Shown here: piece by piece, positions 1-7,772 of the stretch
Layout: every line of letters begins with the position of its first letter
Position numbering within the stretch: the first letter of the stretch is position 1
Assembly: GCA_003133025.1 (NCBI GenBank)
Contig: PKZK01000130.1
Coordinates: 1 to 20,182, forward strand
Length of the DNA stretch: 20,182 bases
From: Vulcanimicrobiota bacterium
GTDB lineage: Bacteria > Vulcanimicrobiota > Vulcanimicrobiia > Vulcanimicrobiales > Vulcanimicrobiaceae
Reading direction: 5' to 3'
Made by a program: the position numbers and the translations under genes
The notes under the pieces: model-generated
Seen by the model: only the letters and a program-made list of their open reading frames with translations
What the model was told of the DNA's origin: nothing
Database searches by the model: none

Positions 1-1
1 G

Positions 2-1114
2 CTCTACGCGCTCGCGTACTTGGTGTATCTGCGCGCGCGCGAACGCTCGGGCGTGGTGCTCTCGCTCTGCGCGGCGCTGTTCGCGCTCGTCACCTGTTTC
101 GATGCGGCGCGCGTCGGCGGGGTCGCGCCGGCATGGCTCGGCGCGGCGGTATTGCTCTACGTGCTCGATCGCGCGCCGCGGCGCGGCATGTGGTTCGCGC
201 CGCTCGTCGCGATCGTGTGGTGCAACGCCTCACCGACCGGTTTGCTGGCGCCCGTTCTGACGGTGCTCGTCGCGCTGGGTCGCGCCGCGGATGCGCGCGA
301 CGTAACGGCGGCGCGGCCCTACTGGCCGGTCGCCTTCGCGTCGCTCGCGGCCACGCTGCTCACGCCCGCGGGGCTGGGCTTTCCCGCGCAGGCGCTGGCC
401 GCGTTGCACCTCGACCTCCAGTTCGCGCGACTGCTGCCCATCGCGCCCGCAACCGCGGCGCCGCACGTCTTCCGCATCGCGGCGACGCTCGTGGTGATCG
501 GCGCGATGTGGCTCTGGTCGGGCCGGCGCCGCGCGGCCGATGCGCCGCTGGTGCTGGCCGCGCTTTTCCTCTGTTTCTACGACGGCGCGTTCGTGCCGCT
601 ACTCGGGATCGTCGCCGCGCCGGCTTTCGCCGCTGCCGCGCGTAACCGCTACGAAGCAACGCTCGCGCCGGGCCGCGCCGACGCACTGGCCGCGTGCCTG
701 GCGGGCGCGTGCGTGGTTGCCGGAGCGCTGATCGCCGTGCCGCACGCACCGACGCGCTCGTTCGGCGACGCATCGGCGCGCGCGCTCCTGGAGTCATTGC
801 CGGCCGGCGGCACCGCGCACGTGGTGTTCTGCGCGACGATCGCATCCTGCGATTACGCCGAAACGTTGCCCGGCATGCGCCCGCTGCTCGACGAGCGCGT
901 CGAGATCGCGCCCGCCGGAACGCTCGACGCGCAGGAGAAGATCGCGCGCGCGCGCGCCGGTTGGCCTGCGACGGTGCGCGAGCAGCACGTCGACGCAATG
1001 CTCGTGCCGCGCAGCATCGCGCTCGCGCAGTTGGTGCCGTCGCTGACGGGCTGGAAGCTCGCCGCCTCGGATGCCGACACGCGCCTCTTCGTTCGCGAAG
1101 GAGCGGCGCGATGA
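2..1114 (+). CDS. GT-C-like polytopic membrane protein, degenerate paralog of the downstream gene (5' end outside the window)
   Basis: The frame is open from base 2 (LYALAYLVYL...) to TGA 1112-1114 and has many hydrophobic segments. It is collinear with 1111..2583: WCNASPT~WSNVHAS, LTPAG~LNPFG, CATIASC~CADFAWC, LLDERVE~FLDGRAD, VDAMLV~VDAIVV. The stop overlaps the next ATG (ATGA). Confidence 0.75.
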   Translation, partial: LYALAYLVYLRARERSGVVLSLCAALFALVTCFDAARVGGVAPAWLGAAVLLYVLDRAPRRGMWFAPLVAIVWCNASPTGLLAPVLTVLVALGRAADARDVTAARPYWPVAFASLAATLLTPAGLGFPAQALAALHLDLQFARLLPIAPATAAPHVFRIAATLVVIGAMWLWSGRRRAADAPLVLAALFLCFYDGAFVPLLGIVAAPAFAAAARNRYEATLAPGRADALAACLAGACVVAGALIAVPHAPTRSFGDASARALLESLPAGGTAHVVFCATIASCDYAETLPGMRPLLDERVEIAPAGTLDAQEKIARARAGWPATVREQHVDAMLVPRSIALAQLVPSLTGWKLAASDADTRLFVREGAAR

Positions 1115-2583
1115 GACTGGCCTGGCTGATCGTCGCCGTATTCGCGGCGCGCTTTCTGGTCACCGCGATCGCCTATCCCCAAACCGACGGCGACATCGCC
1201 TGGCAACGCTGGCTCGGCGCCGAGATCCTGCGCACGGGCGCTATTCCGAATTCGCTCGGACTGGAGACGTTCAGCGCGCCGGGCGCACCGTGGATCGCGC
1301 AAGAATGGTTGTTCTCGATCGGCGCGGCGCTCGGCCGCAGCGGTTTCGGTTGGGATCTCTTCGCCGGCTTCTCGGCACTCTGCGCCGTCGCGGCGTTGGC
1401 CCTGGCGGCGTATCGCGCCGAGCGCTTCGGCGCCTCGCCGCTGGCGATCGCGCTGTGCACGGCTGCAGCGGGCGTCGCGCTCTTCGATTCCTTCGGCGTG
1501 CGCGTGCAAGTCGTGGCCTGGCCGCTGGCCATGCTCTTCCTGCTCTTGCTCGAGAGCAAGGGTCGCGTCGCGTGGCTCGCGCTCGCCGTCGCCGCGGTCT
1601 GGTCGAACGTGCACGCGAGCGCCGCGCTCGCGCCGGTGCTGGCCTCGCTCGCCACGGTAGGTGCGCTGCTCGACGAAGGCGCGCTGACGCCGCGCGTCTT
1701 GAAACTGGCCGGCATCGCCGTCTGTTCGCTCGGCGCAATCTGCCTGAACCCGTTCGGTTGGCATCTGCCCGCGTACGCGTTGATGCTCGTGGGCAGCCCG
1801 ATCACGCACTTCATCGTCGAATGGCGTCCGACCGGCCTCGACGATCCGGGCTTCACCTTCGGCGCGCTGCCGCTCTTGGCGCTCGCGATCGTGGTGGGCA
1901 TCGGCATTGCGAGCGGACGCCGCGCGGGCGCGCGGCCCAGTTGGGAAGAGATCCTCGTCGTAGCCGCATTCTTCTGGCTGATGCTCGGGGCCGCGCGCAA
2001 CATCGCGATCTTCGCGCTCGTCGCCCTGCCGCTGGTGGCGCGCGGCCTGACGCAGACCTTCGAATTCTTTGCCGACGTACGCCCGCCCGAGGTGCCGGCC
2101 GGCGCGCGTTCGCGCCTCGCCGATGCGGGTTTGCCGGTCTTCGCGCTCGCACTCTCCGTCGCCGTCGCGATCGTGTTGCTGCGCTCGAACGAGCGCAGCC
2201 AAGCCAACCTCGCGGGTCCCGCCCTAGCCGCGCTCGAGAAAGTGCCCGGCACGCAGCGCGTGCTCTGTGCCGACTTCGCCTGGTGCGGATTGCTCGTGGG
2301 CAACCCGCACGCGCGCGTCTTCCTCGACGGCCGCGCGGATCCGTATCCGGTCAAGGTCTGGAACGACTTCATCGAGATCGCCAAAGTCGGCCCGGCCTGG
2401 CGCGAACGCTTGGATGCCTATCGCGTCGATGCCATCGTCGTCGGGCGCGACGGCCCGCTGGATCAGGCGCTGGTCAACGACCGCGGCTGGCGCTCGGCCT
2501 TCGCCGACAAACGCTATCGTCTCTGGCTACGCGCACATCCCGCGCGGGTCGCGCACGCCACGCGGCTCGCTCCGGCAAGCTGA
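1111..2583 (+). CDS. GT-C-fold-like membrane glycosyltransferase (490 aa)
   Basis: ATG 1111 sits in an ATGA overlap, so the ORF-track extension to 694 is rejected. An N-terminal TM is followed by DGDIAW..G..I...G.IP, W...EWL, WSNVH, LNPFG, IVEW and RN, then a C-terminal soluble domain with VFLDGRADPY. This motif set is typical of an uncharacterised GT-C-like family. The glycosyltransferase function is inferred. Confidence 0.75.
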   Translation: MRLAWLIVAVFAARFLVTAIAYPQTDGDIAWQRWLGAEILRTGAIPNSLGLETFSAPGAPWIAQEWLFSIGAALGRSGFGWDLFAGFSALCAVAALALAAYRAERFGASPLAIALCTAAAGVALFDSFGVRVQVVAWPLAMLFLLLLESKGRVAWLALAVAAVWSNVHASAALAPVLASLATVGALLDEGALTPRVLKLAGIAVCSLGAICLNPFGWHLPAYALMLVGSPITHFIVEWRPTGLDDPGFTFGALPLLALAIVVGIGIASGRRAGARPSWEEILVVAAFFWLMLGAARNIAIFALVALPLVARGLTQTFEFFADVRPPEVPAGARSRLADAGLPVFALALSVAVAIVLLRSNERSQANLAGPALAALEKVPGTQRVLCADFAWCGLLVGNPHARVFLDGRADPYPVKVWNDFIEIAKVGPAWRERLDAYRVDAIVVGRDGPLDQALVNDRGWRSAFADKRYRLWLRAHPARVAHATRLAPAS

Positions 2584-2602
2584 ACCCAACCCGGGGCGAG
2601 GC

Positions 2603-4180
2603 TCAGGCGCCGCGACTGCGCAGCGCGTTCTCGCGGTCGCGCGCTTCGCGCGCCGAGTCGAGGCTGACCACGCCGCGCAGTTCGGCGGCGCGGTCGGCGT
2701 ATTCGCGCGCGCGGCGCTCGCGTCCGGTTTCGGCATAGATCTCGGCCAGCTTCTCGACGACGCCGACGTAGAGCGAGCGGTACATTTCGGCGCGTGGCGC
2801 GTACCACGGTTCGGGATAATCGCCGCCCAGCAGTTCGCCACCGTAGAGCGCTTCCGCCGCGCGATAGTGCGCGAGCGCTTCCTGCAGTTCGCCGCCGTCG
2901 AGATCGGCATCGCCGTCGGCAACGTGCGCGGTGAAGCGCCGCACGTCGATGACGGCGTTGCTCACTTCGACGGCCATGTCGCCGCGCGACGTGAAATACC
3001 GGTCGACGTTGCCGTAGCCGACGATCGCGGCGATCGCCTTGCGGATGTTGCTCGACGCCGTGCGAATCGATTGCGTGGCCAAATGCGGCGTGGCCTCGGG
3101 CCAGAACGTTTCGCGCAGTTCCGTGCGCGACGCGGCGCCGTCTGGCTTGAGTAGCAGATACTTGAAGATTTGCGCCTCGCGCCGGCGGATCCACTCGATG
3201 CGCCGCCCGCCGATCTCGGCTTCGAAGCGCCCGAACATGCGCACGACCAAGAGCGCGCTCGGGTCTTGCAGCACGGGCGCGGCAGCGGCGACCACGCCGT
3301 TTTCCAGATCGAATTGACGCGCGACGCGATACGGACGGTACGCGCCGGCGCTGAAGCGCACGAAGAGCCCGCGGGCTTCGAGACGCGCTAGCCGCTCGCG
3401 CTCTTCGGGCGGATTGCCGCCCGCCGCAGCTTGAAAATCCCGGCGCAGCGGTTCGCCCGCGCGCTTGAGTTCGTCATCGAGATAATCGGCGAAGTGGCGG
3501 CCGCTGGTGCGCCGCCAGCGTTCGTAGGCGCCGGCGATTCCGCCGCCGCCGGTCGACGCTTCGCGCAACACCCAATGCGTCACGAGCGGCCAGCCTTCGG
3601 TTTCCTCGATCAGGCGCGCGACGTCGGCCGGCGTGTAGGCGATCTCGAGCCACTCGCACATGCGCGCCACGTCGTCGGCGTCGAAGGCCAAGCTGTTGTC
3701 GTCGAGGATGACCGCGGTGCCGAGTGCGATGTAGCGCGTCGCATCCAGCGCCGCGCGCGAGCGCACGGCGTAGATCAACGAGACGCCGGCGGGCACGTCG
3801 GCGACGAGCGCGAGCAGTTCGTCGATCGCTTCGGGCACCGGCCGGTCGGCATTATCGATCACGATCTCGCACGGCGCGCAGCGTTCGAGGGCGGCGAGGA
3901 ATTCGGCGTAGCTCGCCGGCGCGGGCGAGATCCCGAGTCCGGCCGCGATGCGTTCGCGTACCTGTTCGGGCGTGTCGTCGTCGCGCAGCGCCGCGTAGGC
4001 CCAAGCGCGCTCGGTTTGCGCCAAATAATGCACGAGAGCAGTCGTCTTACCGCTGCCGGCCGGTGCGGCCAACAAGCGCAAGGGCACGTCCTCGTTGCGT
4101 TTGAGCCAACTCGTCAAGCGCGTCCGGTTGAGCGTGCCGGGCGTGAGCCGCGGCAGGCTTCGAACGGAGGTCGTCGTCAC
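2603..4180 (-). CDS. Transcriptional regulator: MalT-like N-terminal P-loop domain + SARP winged helix + partial BTAD
   Basis: RTRL precedes Walker A APAGSGKTT; the Walker B-like motif is IVIDN; EETEGWP matches MalT-type GWP. The C-terminal half has VRMFGRFE...IFKYLLL...SRTELRETFWPE (SARP wHTH) and IDVRRF...AEALYGGELL...EPW (BTAD). The GTG start overlaps the upstream TGA (GTGA). Confidence 0.85.
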   Translation of the reverse strand: MTTTSVRSLPRLTPGTLNRTRLTSWLKRNEDVPLRLLAAPAGSGKTTALVHYLAQTERAWAYAALRDDDTPEQVRERIAAGLGISPAPASYAEFLAALERCAPCEIVIDNADRPVPEAIDELLALVADVPAGVSLIYAVRSRAALDATRYIALGTAVILDDNSLAFDADDVARMCEWLEIAYTPADVARLIEETEGWPLVTHWVLREASTGGGGIAGAYERWRRTSGRHFADYLDDELKRAGEPLRRDFQAAAGGNPPEERERLARLEARGLFVRFSAGAYRPYRVARQFDLENGVVAAAAPVLQDPSALLVVRMFGRFEAEIGGRRIEWIRRREAQIFKYLLLKPDGAASRTELRETFWPEATPHLATQSIRTASSNIRKAIAAIVGYGNVDRYFTSRGDMAVEVSNAVIDVRRFTAHVADGDADLDGGELQEALAHYRAAEALYGGELLGGDYPEPWYAPRAEMYRSLYVGVVEKLAEIYAETGRERRAREYADRAAELRGVVSLDSAREARDRENALRSRGA

Positions 4181-5595
4181 CGAGCGCGGACGACGACCGA
4201 GTGGATCACGCTTTCTTCCGACGTGCCGGGGCCGTAGGTCGCGACGATGGTGTAGCGCGTGTCGGTCGTGGTGCGCGGCGCTTCGAGCACCACGCGATCG
4301 TCGTCGGGCGCGACGTCGACGTTTTGAATCTCTTGGCCCGAGTCGTCGAGCAACACCACGCGCAGATTCGGCTGGTGGTGCACGATCGAGACCACGATGC
4401 CCTCGCCGCTGATGAACGTCTTGGAGGCCAGCGCTACCGGATCGCCCGCCACGCCGCCCGGCGCGGGTGCTCCGGCCGGATCGGGCACGCCCGCCGAGCC
4501 GGACGCGGTGATGTCGTTGCGTACGACGCGCACCGGCACTTGCGCTTCGGAGCGACCGTCGCCGCGACGCGCCACGACGACGACGCGGAAGTCTTCCTGG
4601 CTATCGACCTGCGGCGCGATCAAGATCGACGAACCGCGCTCGCTCAGCAGAGCCGACCCGCGCTCGGTGCCGTCTTGGTCGAGCAACTTGACCGTGCCGG
4701 TCTTTGCGTCGGTGATGTAGCGAACGACGATGGGCGCGCCGCCCTGGACGGTATCTTGCTGCAGCCAGACCGTGGGCAGATGCACCTCGGGCGCCGCGGG
4801 CTTCGGTGCGGGCTGGGACTTCGGCGGCGCGCTCGCCGCGGCAACGACTGCCGTCGACTGCTCGGCCGAACCGAATGCATTCCGCCCGGTGAGGTGGAGA
4901 TCGTAACGCCGCTCGGCGTGCGCGGAGGGCACGGCCAACGTGATCACGCCGCTCTGCGCCGCCAGGGTGCCGCGCGCGATCTCGCGACCGTCGGGTCCGT
5001 CGAGCGCGTAATCGCCCGCATTGGTGCCCGGTCCGAAGGCGTAGGCGACTTGAAAGGTCGCGCCGCTCGGGACGCGGTTGGGCGCGGCGAGCGCGGCGAC
5101 CCGCGGCCGCTCGAAGGCTATGGCTCCGGCCGCGAGCGCGACGATGCCGGCGCCCGCGAGCCCCAAGGCCGCCTTGCCCGCATCGAAGCCGCGGCGCAGC
5201 GCCGGCGGTTCCGCATCGACGATGAGTTGCGCCCCGTCCGCGTGGAGTTCCGCGACGATCTTGCGCAACGGCCCGCGCTTGGGCAGTTCGATCTCGACCG
5301 GGACCGCCACCGAGGAGAGCGGCGGCACCGTTATCGAGCTCCAGCGCAGGCGGCCTCCGCGCTGCGGTGCGCCGACCGCGTAACAAAATGCCGCCAGCGG
5401 TGCGTTAGTCTGATTAGCGACCATGAGTTCGTAGGTCGCGACCATGCGCCGCGCGTCCATGGAGAGCAGGCGCAGGGCCCCGGCGATTTGGCCGGTCGGC
5501 ACTGCGATCTGTGATCCCGCCGGCAGGTTCGCGGCCGAGGCGGTTTCGGCTCGACGCAAGGGCGCGAGCGCAGTCGGACGTGGGAGGGCAAGCAT
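4177..5595 (-). CDS. Single-pass membrane protein: N-terminal beta-rich domain, TM helix, three Ig/MG2-like beta-sandwich repeats
   Basis: 472-aa ORF with TM segment AALGLAGAGIVALAAGAIAF. Three ~85-aa repeats share G..(F/I).V....(L)D.(D/S)G.E...L..P.....(Y/F) and are separated by Pro/Ala-rich linkers. The start codon is uncertain because there is no clear SD. Confidence 0.75.
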   Translation of the reverse strand: MLALPRPTALAPLRRAETASAANLPAGSQIAVPTGQIAGALRLLSMDARRMVATYELMVANQTNAPLAAFCYAVGAPQRGGRLRWSSITVPPLSSVAVPVEIELPKRGPLRKIVAELHADGAQLIVDAEPPALRRGFDAGKAALGLAGAGIVALAAGAIAFERPRVAALAAPNRVPSGATFQVAYAFGPGTNAGDYALDGPDGREIARGTLAAQSGVITLAVPSAHAERRYDLHLTGRNAFGSAEQSTAVVAAASAPPKSQPAPKPAAPEVHLPTVWLQQDTVQGGAPIVVRYITDAKTGTVKLLDQDGTERGSALLSERGSSILIAPQVDSQEDFRVVVVARRGDGRSEAQVPVRVVRNDITASGSAGVPDPAGAPAPGGVAGDPVALASKTFISGEGIVVSIVHHQPNLRVVLLDDSGQEIQNVDVAPDDDRVVLEAPRTTTDTRYTIVATYGPGTSEESVIHSVVVRAR

Positions 5596-5603
5596 CCTAC
5601 AAC

Positions 5604-5675
5604 GGTCATCGGCGGAGAAGATGCGTTCTTCTAGGTGCTTCCGGCACTCCGTTCGGAGCGCCCCGAAGTGTGACC
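5604..5675 (-). promoter_or_regulatory. Candidate structured 5' leader (three-way junction) upstream of the Ig-repeat/regulator operon
   Basis: Closing stem GGTCA(5604-5608)/TGACC(5671-5675). Hairpin AGAAGA/TCTTCT at 5616-5632. Hairpin at 5643-5662 reads GGCGCUCC-GAAC-GGAGUGCC on the minus strand and is extended by CUUC/GAAG. Pairing was done by eye only. Confidence 0.35.
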
Positions 5676-5802
5676 CAGCTAACGCTTTCTTAATCGCTCG
5701 TTCAGCCGGGTGCCAGCCTCATGCGATTATCATGATGTCGATTTTGGAAGCCGCCGGGGCCACCCGCCCCTGCGTTCGACTGGTTCAAGAGGAGTCAAGA
5801 CT

Positions 5803-6261
5803 GTGAGATCACCCGTGCGCCCTGGGGCGGCCCTATTCGCCTTGCTCGCCGGCACCGCCGTACTCGCCGGTTGCAACGGCAACTCGACTTCGCCCGGCGG
5901 CTGCGGCGCCCCGAGCGGAAAGGTTTCGCTGGTGTATCCGGCGCCGAATTCGACCGGCATTCCGGACAATTTCCCCGGCGTCATCTTCGGGTCGACCAAC
6001 GGGCTGGGAGGCAACTATCAAGCCCTGCTGCAGCCGACGACCCTTGCCTACGGCAACTTCATCGCGCTGGGCACCGTCGTCACCGCGCCGACCCCGCTGC
6101 CCACGCCCAACCAGCTTCCGTCCTTCCCGAACCCGATCTACCAGATCAGTTCGTTCGCGGGACAAACGCCCCTGACGACCCAGACCACCTACCAGATCTA
6201 CCTCAACGACTCGGGCACCGACTGTCAGCCGACGCTGCAAGGTTCGTTCACCTCGCAGTAG
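5803..6261 (+). CDS. Lipoprotein with Big_5/SbsA-like Ig domain (copy 1, 152 aa)
   Basis: SD AAGAGGAG at 5787-5794, GTG at 5803, lipobox LAGC. Pattern YPAPNSTGIPDN...L...TTYQIYL...SFT. Clear paralog of 6634..7077. Confidence 0.8.
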   Translation: MRSPVRPGAALFALLAGTAVLAGCNGNSTSPGGCGAPSGKVSLVYPAPNSTGIPDNFPGVIFGSTNGLGGNYQALLQPTTLAYGNFIALGTVVTAPTPLPTPNQLPSFPNPIYQISSFAGQTPLTTQTTYQIYLNDSGTDCQPTLQGSFTSQ

Positions 6262-6279
6262 GGTCCGAGGAGCGGCGGG

Positions 6280-6552
6280 TCAGCCGCCCATCTTCTTCAC
6301 GCGACGGCCCTGGCTCGAGAAGTAGGCCAGGGCCGCGTCGCGTCTGTCGCCCTGCAGCTCCACAACCCCGTTCTTGGCGGTGCCGCCGGTGCCGCAGCGC
6401 TTCTTGAGGTCGGCGGCCACCGCATCGAGTTCGCGTTCGAGCAGGCCGTAGACGATCGTGACGCTCCCGCCGCGGCGACGCTCGCAGCCGACGCGGACGA
6501 TGCCGTCATCGGGCGGCGTGCGTGGTTGCTGGGCGGGTCGGGGGGCTTTCAA
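6280..6552 (-). CDS. yciH: SUI1/YciH family translation initiation factor
   Basis: DGIVRV...LKKRCGTGGTAKNGVVELQGDRRD...VKKMGG matches the E. coli YciH pattern (LKKKCGCGGAVKDGVIEIQGDKRD...VKLAGG). TTG start with GGAGG 9 nt upstream. Confidence 0.92.
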   Translation of the reverse strand: MKAPRPAQQPRTPPDDGIVRVGCERRRGGSVTIVYGLLERELDAVAADLKKRCGTGGTAKNGVVELQGDRRDAALAYFSSQGRRVKKMGG

Positions 6553-6633
6553 GGATGGCGGCCTCCATCCGGCTGCGAAGCCGTCGGCAAAAGGCGTCGG
6601 CGGTCGAGCCGTCCGTCGAAGAGGAGAGTTACC

Positions 6634-7077
6634 TTGAGGTTCCCCATCCGTCCCACCGCGGCTTTGTTAGCACTTCTCTCGGGTGCGGGCGCCCTCGCGG
6701 CGTGCGGCGGCGGCTCCGCGCTGAGTACCTGCGGCGCGCCGAACGGCCAAGTCGCCTTGGTTTACCCCGCGCCCGGTTCGACCGGCATCCCCGACAACTT
6801 CCCGGGCGTCGTGTTCGGCTCGAGCCACGGCTTGCCGGCCTCGTACACGGCCATCCTGCAGCAGAGCGGCACGACCTTGATGGTGCCGCAATTCCGCCTG
6901 CAGCCCGCGCCCGTACCGTTGCCCACGCCCGACCTCATCCCGTCGTTCCCCAACCCGGTGTATCAAATAAGTGCGCCGATCAAGACGCTCGCCGGCGGCA
7001 CCGAGTATCAAGTCTTTCTCTACGACGGCAACAAGACGTGTACTCCGTCGTACGTGGGCGCCTTCACCGCCCAATAG
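6634..7077 (+). CDS. Lipoprotein with Big_5/SbsA-like Ig domain (copy 2, 147 aa)
   Basis: SD AAGAGGAG at 6619-6626, TTG at 6634, lipobox LAAC. Shares LVYPAP.STGIPDNFPGV.FGS and PSFPNP.YQIS with copy 1. Confidence 0.8.
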   Translation: MRFPIRPTAALLALLSGAGALAACGGGSALSTCGAPNGQVALVYPAPGSTGIPDNFPGVVFGSSHGLPASYTAILQQSGTTLMVPQFRLQPAPVPLPTPDLIPSFPNPVYQISAPIKTLAGGTEYQVFLYDGNKTCTPSYVGAFTAQ

Positions 7078-7082
7078 CCTCG

Positions 7083-7772
7083 ATGCCCGGCCGAACGTTC
7101 GAGGGGTTCCCGGCTGCCGGGCTCCGTTTTCTCGAGGAATTGGCGGCGCATAACGAACGCGCGTGGTTCGCGCCGCGCAAGGAGCGTTACGAACGCGACG
7201 TGTTGTGGCCGATGCGCGCTTTCGTATCCGATGCGAGCCGCGCGCTCGCGCGGGCCGGAATTCCGATCGGCGGCGATGCCAAGCGTTCGATCTTTCGCGT
7301 GTATCGCGACGTTCGCTTCTCGCCCGACAAGCGGCCCTATCGCACCAACGCCGCCTGCTATCTCTCGTACGACGGCGGACGAGCGACGCAGGGCGGACTG
7401 TACCTGCACGTCGAGCCGAAGCGCTCGTACATGTCGGTGCCCTTCTATGTGATTCCGGCGCCGATGCTGCGCCGCTGGCGCAATGCCATGCGCGACGACC
7501 CGCGCCGGTTCGCACGCGTGTTGCGCGCGCTGGCCAAAAAAGATTTGCGCGTGCAAGGACCCGACGAGTGGGACGATTCGCTGCGCCGCATGCCGCGCGG
7601 TTACGACGAAGGCGACGCGGGCGACCTCGCGCCGTATTTCCGATTGCGTTCGTTCTGCGTGGATCGCGAGCTCAGCCGCGCCGAGGTCACGTCGCCGCGA
7701 CTGATCGAGGCCGCGGTGCGTCTGGTTCGCGACGCGCGGCCGTTACTCGATTACGGGTGGAGCGTCGACTGA
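7083..7772 (+). CDS. DUF2461 family protein
   Basis: ATG 7083. Motifs F.GF.....FL.EL..HN.R.WF...K..YE, SIFRVYRDVRFSPDKRPY, GLYLHVEP and LRRMPRGY. The ORF-track extension to 6522 overlaps the lipoprotein gene and is rejected. Confidence 0.9.
   Translation: MPGRTFEGFPAAGLRFLEELAAHNERAWFAPRKERYERDVLWPMRAFVSDASRALARAGIPIGGDAKRSIFRVYRDVRFSPDKRPYRTNAACYLSYDGGRATQGGLYLHVEPKRSYMSVPFYVIPAPMLRRWRNAMRDDPRRFARVLRALAKKDLRVQGPDEWDDSLRRMPRGYDEGDAGDLAPYFRLRSFCVDRELSRAEVTSPRLIEAAVRLVRDARPLLDYGWSVD

Noticed and set aside
694..1110. N-terminal extensions in the ORF track (694, 5710, 6522, 6526, 9501, 9664, 10570, 15963, 16176, 16922)
   Set aside because: They overlap neighbouring genes or regulatory gaps. Downstream starts have an SD, stop/start coupling, or a signal peptide or family motif right at the N-terminus.
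5719..5740. Fur-box-like or palindromic AT-rich patch (ATCATGAT; ATGATAATC on the minus strand)
   Set aside because: It matches only 11 of 19 positions of the GATAATGATAATCATTATC consensus and there are no iron genes nearby. It is more simply explained as divergent -10 elements (TATCAT/GATAAT).
6595..6631. Out-of-frame SSTDGS on the minus strand resembling the YciH N-terminal YSTD motif (possible frameshifted 5' end)
   Set aside because: That frame is closed by TAA at 6631-6629 with no start before the motif. The match is short and abuts the SD of the opposite-strand lipoprotein, so chance is likely.
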